Source: Monocercomonoides exilis PA203
Taxonomy: Eukaryota; Protista; Preaxostyla
DNA length: 64,000 bases
Reading direction: 5' to 3'
Assembly (NCBI GenBank): GCA_001643675.2
Contig: LSRY02000027.1
Coordinates: 1,248,185-1,312,184 of the forward strand
This document shows, one piece after another, positions 52,788 to 64,000 of the stretch. Under the pieces are notes generated by a model. That model did no database searches. It had not been told where the DNA came from and saw nothing but the letters and a program-made list of their open reading frames with translations. The first letter of the stretch is position 1. Each line of letters opens with the position of its first letter. The position numbers and the translations under genes are program-made.

Positions 52788-55700
52788 ATGAATTGCTATT
52801 CTGACGCTCCGCGTTCGACAAAAAGTCGACATGCATCTCAAATAGATGAATATCTGTTTGAGCTATCTCTAAAGGACCCAAAAGGGTGCTTATTTTCTTT
52901 CTTGTTTCACAGCAATAAAGGAAAACCCTTTCTTTCAGTGCTCGAGGCTCATTTTGATGGTTTGTCCTCTCTTTATTTAAACAAATATCTTATTGCTTTG
53001 TGATGTTTTCATGTCTATTTTGTTTAAATTTTTAATAAATAATTGCATTTGGGGATGCGATTCTCTCTTTAGTGTTGTTTTTTGTTTGATTCTTTTTGTT
53101 GCTATTTTTTTATTGTGAAAACTTCATGAGAAATTTTCGTTGATTAATAAGAAATTATTTTCATTATTTATTTCTTGTTATTAATCATCTTGATTATTTT
53201 TTTTTCATTTATTATTATACATTTTATTTTGTTATCGTATGAAAGTCATAAATGAAAATGACCTTTCAATGTTTGTTTGCTTTTTGAAGAACACTTCTTG
53301 AATGTTGTTTGAGAAAAAGATGTTAATGTTATCATTTTTTTTTGAAAAATGTTCTTTTCTAATTTAAAAGATAGCACCCCAATGCAATTATTTGAAAAAA
53401 TTAACAAAATTCACAAAAAAACTTCACTAAAAAGAAAAGCTAAACAAAATCATAGCAAACTTGTCTCGATTATACTAAACACTTCAGAGAAACGACAAGG
53501 TTTCTCTTCTATCCTCGGTTTCTTCTGAGATTTCTTTGAAAGATCTCAGAAGATTTGGCTGGGACGTTTCCAATGGAGAATATTTCTACTCCAGAGAAAA
53601 GCAATCAAAAAACCAGAACCAAAAAAATTCAGTGACAAACAAAATGAACCGAGCAATGAAATGTTTGATAATAATATTTAAACTTTATTTATGTTCAATT
53701 TTCTATAGCAAACGAGCAGTTTCATAAAGCTGAAAACTGGCTCTTGAAAAATTGTTCTGCCAGTTGTTCCAATGGAAGACGATTAAAAAAGAGTTTGATT
53801 CAAATATTCCTATTCTCAAGCTTTATTCGAATGAAATGTTGATGAATTGAATAATAATTATTCTTTTCTATTAAGGAAAAAGTGAAATGCGCACAAAGTC
53901 CATCTTTTCTTCGGCTGGTCCTTTGCCTCCAGAAAACGAAGGAGATGATGTAATGCAACGATCTAATGTCGAAGCATGCTCGTCCATCGATGGATGTACA
54001 TCATCGGAGTATGGATCTTCAATTGAAACATCAAACGTTTCAATAAAACCCCCAGATGATCAGGGAAAAAAGCAAGAATTGAAAAAAACAAAAGATGAAG
54101 AAAAAGAAGAAAAAAAAATAAAAAAGATTATAATGAAAATTATACACACAAAATAAATAATCCAAGAAAACAAACATATCAAATTTCAATAGCAAATTTG
54201 ATTGACAAGGTCTCCAATGTGCTTGTCGAAGAAAATAGTTCAGAATCTGAAATGGAGGAATGTGAAAGAGAAAAAATGTTTTTTGGAAACAAGACAAATT
54301 CAAATAACAAAGAAATAGAAATATCTGAAGAAGAAAAAGAAAAAGAAGACAAAGAAAAAGTTGAAATAAAAATTAAAAGAAATGATAACGGTTGTATCAA
54401 TAACAGTATTTTTTCTTGTAATGAAAAAAAAATTATTGAGAAAACCAAGAAAGAATTATTTAATGAAATGAAGAAAGAAGTAGAAGTCAAGATGTCATAT
54501 TCGACATTTTGCAAGAAAACAAAAAATTTTATAAAATCAAAGAAAAGGACTGATTTATGTGAAATCTGTGAAAGAGGAAAATATCTAGAAAAGAAAAAAT
54601 TAGAAACGGAAAGAAACGAAAAAGAAATAGGCCAAAAAGAAAATGATGAATTGAATTTAATAATTCAGCATAAAAAAATGGCCCAACATCAAAGAAATTA
54701 TTTTTATGAAAAGAAAGAAAAGCTGAAAAAAGATGAAGTGATTATTATCATGGATTTTAAAGAAAATTGGTGTTTGCCAATTTCCAATAACGAAACGGGA
54801 AGATCTTTCTTCAATAAAAAAACAAATTTCACATTAATGTTTTGTTGTTTATTATCTTGATTGTTTTGGAGCTTTACAAAAATGTTGTTTCAATTTTTTT
54901 TCAGAAATTTTATCTCATGATTATCTTTTTGTTTTGGAGTGTTTGAATAAGTTATTACGTTTCGATATTTTTTCCAATATTTATTCTTTCCATTTTTTCT
55001 GTGATAATGGTCCTCATTTTCGTAATTCACAAATTTTTCATTCATCGTTTTCTCCTAATTCTTTGTTGTTCTTTAATAAACACTGCTCACTTTCATTCTT
55101 TGCCGAACACCATGGAAAGAATGATTGTGACAGTGAATTTGGTTATTTAACACAATTATTGAACAATAATCTAGGAGATCGTACTTTAAATAATGTGTTC
55201 GATCTCATAGATTTTTTTTGTTCACAGTGTAATTCTTATCTTTTTGGTTCTCATGATTCAAATTCTCCAATTTTTGTTTCTTCTTTTATATCTGATATAT
55301 CTAATAATTTATTAGGGCGAATGAATGAAGTTTCAGATTCTAGCGAGCAGAAAGAAAAACAGAACAAGACAAAGCACTTCTTTTTGATGTTTGATCTTTA
55401 ATTTTTATTTTTTTTTCTAATGATTTTAATTGAACTTTTTTCTAAAATGTTTTCTTTTTCATTTTCTAGGCATGAAGAGTTACCGAATAAATGTTGGAAT
55501 AAATTAATTATTAATGGAATGAAACAATACTTATTTTTCGAATCGAATGGCGACAAAGTGCTCGCATCTCCGCTGAGTTGCAACGAAAAGGTTTGTATGA
55601 AAGAGTTATCATTTAAAATAGAAATGAATTTGGATGAGAAGAAAAGAAAAGTTTATAAAAGAGTAATTTAAACAAATAATGAAATAGAAGAAAATGAAAG

Positions 55701-55800
55701 TTTAAATATAAAGAAAAGGGTTATAAACGGACTTGAAAAAAGAATAGAGTTAATAAATAGTTTTTCCACAATTTATTTTTCAGAAATACTCAGAAACTGA
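52788..55800 (+). pseudogene. Sola-like DDD transposase pseudogene without the USP domain
   Basis: Motifs SLKDLRRFGWDVS, MSYSTFCK..KKRTDLCEICE, MDFKENW, FFCDNGPHFRN and FFAEHHGKNDCDSEFG. Frameshift and stop at ~54820-54837; probable introns after 52959 and at ~55389-55469. Confidence 0.85.
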
Positions 55801-55893
55801 CAGGTATGCTTTTTTTTTTAGAATTATTATGTTTTTAAATAATTATTTCATTAATTATTTTTTTTTTTTTTCAATCGTTGACTTTTTATTGAG

Positions 55894-56052
55894 AAAAAAT
55901 TGTTTATTCTTGCTTATCCGATGAAATTTGGTTCAATCCAGATTGAGGACAAGACTGAATCCATCCTGTTATTGCTTTAATTAAACGATTATTGCAATAA
56001 CTTGCAGGCTTTGGGTCCAGATTCAGTTTCCCAGGAGAATAAGCAATTTTTT
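55894..56052 (+). ncRNA. Putative structured RNA element, copy 2
   Basis: Closing stem TGTTTATTCTT/GAGAATAAGCA, then GCTTA, hairpin AATTTGG/CCAGATT, GGACAA, stem GACTGAATC/GATTCAGTT, hairpin GTTATTGC/GCAATAAC and TTTGGG/CCCAGG pairing. Followed by T tracts. Confidence 0.55.
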
Positions 56053-56061
56053 CACATTTTT

Positions 56062-56099
<38 letters not shown>

Positions 56100-56356
56100 T
56101 TTTTAATTTTTTTTAATTTTTTTTAACAAACAAACTTTTTGGAAATTATTAGAATTCTTTCATTTAAGAAAGGATTCAAACCGGAATTTTTCAGAAAAAT
56201 TATTGAATGTGGAAAAATATACAAAAATGTTGGGTGGAACAAAATTCTTAAAGCAAAAAATTTTGCCCCACTTTGAATAATAAATGGTGTGCATGTTTGG
56301 AACTTGATCATATTTCGTTAAAATTTTATGTTTTCAAAATACTTAGAATTGTTGTA

Positions 56357-56752
56357 CAGACATCGCATAAAATACCAGACATCGCACAAAATACCGGACA
56401 AGATCGATATCTCAATAACCACAAGAAGAAAAATTCTGTTAATTTTCCTCAAAATACATCTCATCAATACAAACTCAGTTGATAAACGAGTATTTCAAAA
56501 CAGCTTCATTTGTGCTCAGGAGAAATTTATATCGAAATCTCGGAGAAATAGGATTTTGTGTTTCTCCGAGATTTTAAAAATATTTTATTCTGAGCGCAAA
56601 TGAAGCTATTCATTAAGCCTCGTTTATCAAATGAGTTTGTATTGATGAGATGTATTTTGAGGAAAATTAACAGAATTTTTCTTCTTGTGGTTATTGAGAT
56701 ATCGATCTTGTCCGGTATTTTGTGCGATGTCCGGTATTTTATGCGATATCTG
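56357..56752. mobile_element. Tc1/mariner-pogo-type palindromic MITE with TA TSD
   Basis: ta|CAGACATCGCATAAAATACC...GGTATTTTATGCGATATCTG|ta. About 135 bp of near-perfect TIR, with imperfect symmetry continuing to the centre; 396 bp. Confidence 0.88.
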
Positions 56753-57415
56753 TATTTCGATTTTCAAATTAATTATTTTTGTTATTAAGAATTGTGGAAT
56801 CGTCATAAATAACCATTTTTGATAAATCAAAAATATCTTGTCAGACATTTTGTCATTTTTTCAATTTTCTCTTTTCATGTCACAGATGTATACTTTTCAT
56901 TTTTGATTTTCCGATGCTGATTTATTTAATAGTTTCTTTTAATCGAATTTTTTCTGTTTAGGAAAAATATTTCTTAAATGTCATGAAAGGAAAAGTGTGC
57001 ACTTGTTGAGAAAACTCTCCCACCCTTTCGCATTTCACAATAAGTGTAACTTTTTGATTCTTCTACTCGTTTTGTTTCACACCAGCCTCTGTGCACTTTG
57101 TTTTTTGCACAGTTCTTCTTTAATATTTTCTTTTTTTCATTATTTCAATTTTTTCTCACATCCACAATTTTAACATCAATTTGTTAGTGACAGAGCCCTT
57201 AACATAGATTCAACTCTTTTCACAAGAAGTGCAGTGGTTTTGCATGTTCTTTTTTGAATTATGACAGTAACCATAATAGAATATAACAATAATTTATTTG
57301 TTATGTTTGTTGTTTTCTAATTTTATTAAAGAACATTGTTTTAATTTTATTATTATAAATGTTCATATGTGATGTTTTTCCCCCCCGAACAACAAGAATT
57401 CTTTCATTTTTAAGC

Positions 57416-59393
57416 ATGTCAGAAGGAAAAAATCACAACATAACTGTTGTGGCAAGAGTTCGTCCTTTGTCAATGTTTGAAAAGCAAAAAAACGCGATTG
57501 AATGCACAAGAATTGCAAATGATAACAAAACAATAAGTATTTCCGTTTGATTTTTCATTTTGCAATTTTTTTAAATATTTGAATTTATTTTTGAAAAAAT
57601 TTTTTCGCTTAATCAGACAAAAACAGAAAATCATTGTTGGACATTTGATTATGCATTTGAAAAGTCATCGAAACAAAGTGATGTCTACTTCAGAATTGCA
57701 GAACCTTTGTTGAAAGATGCTCTTAACGGGATAAACGGAGCGATAATGGCTTTTGGACAAACAGCATCTGGAAAGACTTATACAATGATGGGTCCAAATA
57801 CATCAAATAGCGAAATGCATGGAGTTATTCCACGACTTGTTAAAGGAATTTTCCAAGAAATTGAGAATGCACCAACAACGGACATTTTTATAATCAGTTG
57901 TACTTTTGTGGAGATTTATCAGGAGCATGTTCAAGACCTTTTAAATCCTTCGAAGAAAAATTTAAGAATTTTGGAACGAACTAACGAAGGAGTTTGCATT
58001 GAAGGCGTGACTGAAGAAGTTATAGAGAATGAGGAGAATTTTTTTGAAGCAATAAATTATGGCAATCAATATCGTGCACTTGCCTGCACCACAATGAATG
58101 AGCGGTCATCTCGGTCGCATGCCATTTTGTCTGTCTCTGTCCAGAGGACAAGTGAAGTGAACAAGACAACGAAGCGGTCGACGTTCCATCTTGTCGATCT
58201 CGCCGGCTCTGAAAGAGACCTGTTCAGCGGCTCAGCGATCGACGAGAAGATTCTGGGGGAGTCCAAAAAGATCAACCAGTCCCTGCTGGCGCTGGGGAAC
58301 GTGATCAACACGCTGACCGAAGGGCGGGCGCATGTGCCGTACCGAGACTCGAAGCTGACGCGGCTGCTAGCCGAGGCGCTGGGAGGAAACTCGAAGACAA
58401 CGCTGGTCATCTGCGTGTCGTGTGCCTCTTCGGCAGCGGCCGAGACGACAGCCGCGCTGAACTTTGGGAGGCGGGCGAAGCAGGTGAAGAACTGGGTGCG
58501 GCGGAACACGGTGCTGTCGGTGGCGGAGTATCAGAGGAGGCTGGAGGCGGCGGCGGAGAGAGTGAGCGAGATGAGAAAGGAAATGGCAGTGCTAAGGGCG
58601 GATAATAGAATTTACAGGGGGATGTTTGAGAGGAAGAAAGAAGGGGAAGGAGAAGGGAAAAGAGAAAGAGAAGGAGAGGAAGATAAAGATTGTTTCAATG
58701 AGAAATTATTTAAAGAGGAAAGAGAAAAAGAAATGGCTATTGCTTTGAAGGAAATAAAAAGTTCTATTTGGAAGAAAGGAGCTAATTTTGATGAAGACGT
58801 TGAAGAAAAATCAATTTCATCAAAAAATGCCAGTTCTCCTTCTTTGAATTCTGTGTCTTCTTTGGAGCTTAATGAAAGAACACACATTTCATCTGCAACA
58901 TCTTTTCCTTCATCTTCTTTAAATTCCTTTTCTTTTTCTTCTTCTTCTTCCTCTTCTCCTTCTCCTTCTCCTTCTTCTCCTTCCTCTTTCTCTTTCTCTC
59001 TCACCTCTTCATTCCCCACTCCTTCTTTGTGTCTTCCTCTGCTTCCTTCTTATTCGATTCCCCCAAAACCAGCCGATTTCTCTGAGCGTTCTTTGAACGA
59101 GCAGAACATCTGGCTCAATCAGCAGCTGGCTATCGCCGAGAACAAACTGGCTTCACAAAGAAATCAGTCTCAGGTTGAAGGAAAATTATTTATTTTCAGT
59201 TTTTTGTTTAATTTTATTATAATTTTTTTATTGTATTTTTTTGATGTTTAATTGAAATTTTACATTTTTTTTTCTTTTTCTTTTCTTTTCTTTACTTTTC
59301 TTTTCTTTTCTTTTCTTTTCTTTTCTTTTCTTTTCTTTTCTTTTCTTTTTTTTACTCAAAATTTAACTTTGTTTATGATATTATATTTATTTT

Positions 59394-59430
<37 letters not shown>

Positions 59431-61071
59431 TATTTTATTCTTTCTTTCTTTCTTTCATCTCAACAAACACACCAGGAGCTTTCCGTCTTGTATTCGTCTC
59501 TTTCTTCTCTCCGCTCACAAGTGGAGCATCTGCAAGCCAAACAGAACGAAACGTCTGTTGATTCAGAGCAATTGAAAGAGGAAAACGACGCAAAAGACAC
59601 AGAAATACAGCAGCTGGAGATAAAATGCCACAAAATGGCGCATCGCATACAGGAAATGACGTTTGCGCTGTTGGGCGCAAAAGCAGAGATTGTTCAACTG
59701 AAAGAGAGGAATAAACATTTGGATGCCGTTGAGAGGGGGAAAATGAAGGAGAAGGAGAAGGAGAAGGAGAAGAAGGAGAAGAAGGAAAACAAGGAGAAAA
59801 TGGAGAAAATAGAAAAGAAAGAACAAAAAGAGATGAAGAAAGAAGAGGAAAAACAGATTTCACCTGCTCCTTTGCAGTATGATTCTCTTAATAATTCAGC
59901 CATTTTGAGTGAAAAAAGAGGAAATGAACAAAATTCTGAATCGAATGCTTCAAATTCACAGGTTCACAATTGTGGCTCATCTGATCATGATATTTCACCT
60001 TCTTCGTCTCCTTTTTGTGAAATGCAATCTTCAAGTTCTTTTTCTTCTTCTTCTTCTTCCTCCTCCTCCTCTTCTGTTTCTTCACCTTCACCTTTATCTC
60101 CCTCTCCTTCTCCTTCTTCTTCCTCTTCCTCTTCATTCTCTCCCCTTCTTTCGCTGTACTCTTTGACATCCAAACCAGATCCCATTCATTCCTCTTCCAT
60201 TCTCCTTTCCTCTCATCCTCTCCAAAACGACATCGAATTCATCCAATTTCAACTTAACCAAAAAACAAGAAATTTTCTTGCAGAAAGCGAAAAATCGGAA
60301 AATTTGACGGAAAATAGCTCAAATTCTTCTTCCTCTTCTTCTTCTTCTTCCTCTTCCTCTTCCTCTTCCTCTTCTTCCTCCTCTTCCTCTTCCTCTTCTT
60401 CTTTTTCTTCTTTTTCTTCTCTTTTGCCATTTCCAAGTTCAAATGGCGAAAAAGAAAGCGACAAAAATTCAGCACAACTTTCTTTGATTTTGAAGTTTCT
60501 GAAGACGCTGGGAAATGAAGAAAAACTGATGAAAGACAAAAAAGAACTGGAAGAACAGATATATTCATTGTACAGAGAGATGAAAATAGAAAATGATTCA
60601 CAAAATTCGAATTCTTCATCGTTATCATCATCGTCTTCTTCTTCTTCTCCTTCTCCTTCTTCTCCTTCCTCTTCCTCTTCTTCTTCTTCTTCCACTTCTT
60701 CACATTCATCATCATCGTCTTCTTCTTCTTCATTCAATTCACTTCTGAATTTATCAGCAACTCCATCTTCTTCTTTTTCCTCGCTTCAACCAAGTTCAAT
60801 TGCTTCTTCTTCAAGTTTTTCATCAAATTCTTCATTCAATGACTCCTTTTCCCCTCTTTATTCTCTTTCTCTTTCTGCCCAAAAATGGCAAGAGAGATTT
60901 CATTTGATGCTTTATTTCTTCAATCAACTCGAACAACTGCTCAAAAACCAGGTTGATCTTCAAAAACAACCTTCTTCTTCTGATCTTCTTCCTTTTCCCT
61001 TTGGCTTTTCCTCAAATCATCCAATTTTGACAAGCAAAGCTACTTCTTCTTCTCCTTCCTCTTCCTCTTCC

Positions 61072-61103
<32 letters not shown>

Positions 61104-61283
61104 CTCCTCCTCCTCCTCTTCTTCTTCCTTCAATGCATCTTACACTCCTCTTTCGCCTTCTTTTTCTCCTTCTCTGGTGAATATTCCGTTGTCTGATCCA
61201 ACTACGCCTCCTCCTGCTCCCTTACTGCCATTTCAGTCTCCTTCTCTTCTGTCTTCTGGAACAAAAACAAAAGGAAATAACAT

Positions 61284-61329
<46 letters not shown>

Positions 61330-62787
61330 CCTTCTTCTTCTTCTTCTTCTTCTTCTTCTTCTTCCACCCCACAAACTTCTGCTTCACTTCGCAAAACACC
61401 CACAAAACCACGTTCAAAACGACAATCCAATTCAAAATCAAACCATTTCGCTTCCTCCTCCTCCTCAACAGCAACATCATCATCATCAGAGCATTATGCC
61501 TCTTCTCAATCTTGCAATGTCTTTTCATCATCTCCACAATCTTCTCCATCAACAACACCAAAATTATCATCGTCTTCATCAACTTCCTCTTCTTCCTCTT
61601 TCTCCTCTTCTTCCTCTCCTTCTCCTTCTCCTTCTCCCTCTCCCTCTCCCTCTTCATTTTGCCCTCATTGTGCAGCAATGGCGCAGAAAGTGAGCCATTT
61701 CGAGCAGACGCGGCAGATGCTGAGTGACTTCTATCAGATCCGCCAGCAGCAGATGGAGAAGCAGAACACGACGTTAACACAGACAGCGCTGAATGCGATG
61801 AAAGAGCTGAGAAGAGTCGACAAAGTGCTGGAGAAGTTTGTCGAGCGAGGAATCTCTCTTTTCGGGGCGGCGCTGCCAAGCGAAGAGGAAAAAGAGAATG
61901 AAAAGAGCCAACAGAATGAAGATAACAAGCAATTGTCTTTGCAAAATGCCCACTCAGCAAAAGCACAGTCAGTTCGTTCTTCTTCTCCTTCTGTCACATC
62001 TTCGTCTTCTCCTTCTTTATCTTCTCAGACACCTCCTTGTTCGTCAACGCCTTCTCTTTCAACTGAAGAATTGCCCCAGCAAACAATCGACAAAACATCA
62101 AAGGCGATTCACAGGAAACTGAAGGCTATTTATTTGCATCTCTCCACAATCAAAAAGCAGTCTTTGAATGAAAGCAACAGGCAGCTTGTGGAAGAAGCGC
62201 GGAATGAAGAGAAGAAAGACAAAAGCAGCACAACATCTGCAAAGAGAACAGAATTTGGAAGAGAAAATTCTCCGAAGAGAGATGAGAAAGAGCAGCATGA
62301 TGAAAAAAGGGATGAAATTGTGTGGCTGGCAGCCGAGGCGGAATGCCTGCGGAGAGACAACATTTCACTCAAAGAGCAACTGGGAGAAGTGAGCAGGCAG
62401 CTGCAGAACGAAAAGGACAAACGCAAAATTTCTGTTGGAAGCAGAGGGGTTGGCAATGAAATGGAAGCAGATGAATCCAAAAGCTGCTCTGGAGACAGAA
62501 TTCAGAAGAGGGCAGAAGAAAGTGTTGATGTGCAGTTTTTCGATGACTTTGGGCAAATCTTTCACGAAAGGAACCATTTTGCGCATCCTCACATGCTTCG
62601 CGGTGGAACGCCTTCGACTGCGAAACTGCCTCAATTTCATCGAGCCCAGTCGTTCGTGTTTCCTCGACAGAGAGAAGCAATGCTGTGCAAAAGCGATGAT
62701 GTGTTCAATGAAATGAACTTTTCTGATGCGAATGAAGGAAAAGCGAAAAGCGGAACAGAAGCAGAAGTGGATAATAAAACGTCTTGA
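57416..62787 (+). CDS. N-terminal-motor kinesin (kinesin-1-like) with coiled-coil/poly-Ser tail; exons 57416-57544, 57617-59173, 59476-62787 (~1665 aa)
   Basis: Motifs VVARVRP, FDYAF, P-loop GQTASGKT, switch I NERSSRSH, switch II DLAGSE and HVPYRDSKLTRLL. Both GT-AG introns are phase 0 and preserve the frame. Confidence 0.93.
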
Positions 62788-63185
62788 TTTCCTGTTGATT
62801 TATGAGGAGACTTGTTTCAAGTCATTCTTTAAATAAAAATATTGTTTTACTCAAAAGAATTTGGAGAAACATGTTTAGCAGAATGGAATTATTTCATTAC
62901 AAAAAGGTTTTTGAACAAGTGGAAAATTGAAGATTGGAGAGCTTCTTTATCTCTCTCTCTTGTTAATAATATTTTTGCTTTGCTTTTACTTTATTTTTCA
63001 TGCGCTCCTGAAATTTTCCGTTTTTTGAAATTTTTTCTGTTTAGTTTTTCACTATTGAAAAATCATTTTTCAGAAAAGCATTTTCTTAAAAATATCTTCT
63101 GGTGCTAAAACAATGAAACTGTTGAATAAATTAACAACTCGAAAATTTTTTTAAATTGTTTCATTGGCAATCCAATTGAAAAAAC

Positions 63186-64000
63186 GAAAAGAAAAGAAAA
63201 GAAAAGAAAAGGAAAGAAAAGAAAAGAAAAGAAAAGGAAAGGAAAGAAAAGGAAAGAAAGGAAAAGAAAGGAAAGAAAAGAAAAGGAAAGGAAAGGAAAG
63301 GAAAGGAAAGAAAAGGAAAGAAAAGAAAAGAAAAGAAAAGGAAAGGAAAGAAAAGGAAAGGAAAGGAAAGAAAAGGAAAGAAAGGAAAAGTAAGGAAAGG
63401 AAAGGAAAAGAAAGGAAAGGAAAGAAAAGGAAAGAAAAGAAAAGGAAAGGAAAGGAAAGGAAAGGAAAGGAAAGGAAAGGAAAGGAAAAAAAGGAAAGAA
63501 AAGGAAAGGAAAGGAAAGGAAAGGAAAGGAAAGGAAAGGAAAGGAAAGGAAAGGAAAGGAAAGGAAAGGAAAGGAAAGGAAAGGAAAGGAAAGGAAAGGA
63601 AAGGAAAGGAAAGGAAAGGAAAGGAAAGGAAAGGAAAGGAAAGAAAGGAAAGGAAAGAAAAGGAAAGGAAAGAAAAGGAAAGGAAAAGGAAAGGAAAGGA
63701 AAGGAAAGGAAAGGAAAAGAAAAGAAAAGGAAAGGAAAGGAAAGGAAAGGAAAGGAAAGGAAAGGAAAGAAAAGAAAAGGAAAGGAAAGGAAAGGAAAGG
63801 AAAGGAAAGAAAGGAAAGAAGAAAAAAGAAAAGGAAAGGAAAGGAAAGGAAAGGAAAAGGAAAGGAAAGGAAAAGAAAAAGGAAAGGAAAGAAAAGGAAA
63901 GGAAAGGAAAGGAAAGGAAAGGAAAGGAAAGGAAAGGAAAGAAAAGAAAAGGAAAGGAAAGGAAAGGAAAGGAAAGGAAAGGAAAGGAAAGGAAAGGAAA
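63186..64000 (+). repeat. (GGAAA)n/(GAAAA)n pentamer satellite running off the window end
   Basis: Direct reading; an almost pure purine strand. Confidence 0.97.

Noticed and set aside
1-64000. CRISPR array, tRNA, rRNA or telomeric repeats
   Set aside because: No repeat-spacer periodicity, cloverleaf, rRNA signature or TTAGGG-type array was seen.

Overview
AT-rich eukaryotic protist DNA with GT-AG introns, the standard genetic code and poly-Ser/(TCT)n low complexity. Composition and gene style suggest an oxymonad such as Monocercomonoides (inference). The window is mostly transposon-derived or decayed sequence, with one intact host gene, a 3-exon kinesin at 57416-62787. Main items: (1) an apparently intact Sola-like DDD transposase with a catalytically complete USP/C19 deubiquitinase domain inserted in frame (13190-17025), a USP-less pseudogenised relative (52788-55800) and two stand-alone paralogues of the same USP; (2) a ~135-160 nt structured, probably pseudoknotted RNA-like element with compensatory base changes just 3' of both Sola-like genes, which I cannot assign to a known family; (3) a near-perfect ~5.2-5.5 kb inverted duplication (131-5605 / 17822-23005) enclosing one USP gene and the USP-transposase; (4) several non-autonomous families: ~256-bp GGGTGA/AWWT Sola-type MITEs, GGCATAGG foldbacks with 8-bp TSD-like flanks, and a TA-flanked pogo-type MITE; (5) a DD35D pogo transposase pseudogene, decayed host-gene copies and a terminal (GGAAA)n satellite. 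Family assignments come from motif recognition by eye, not database searches.
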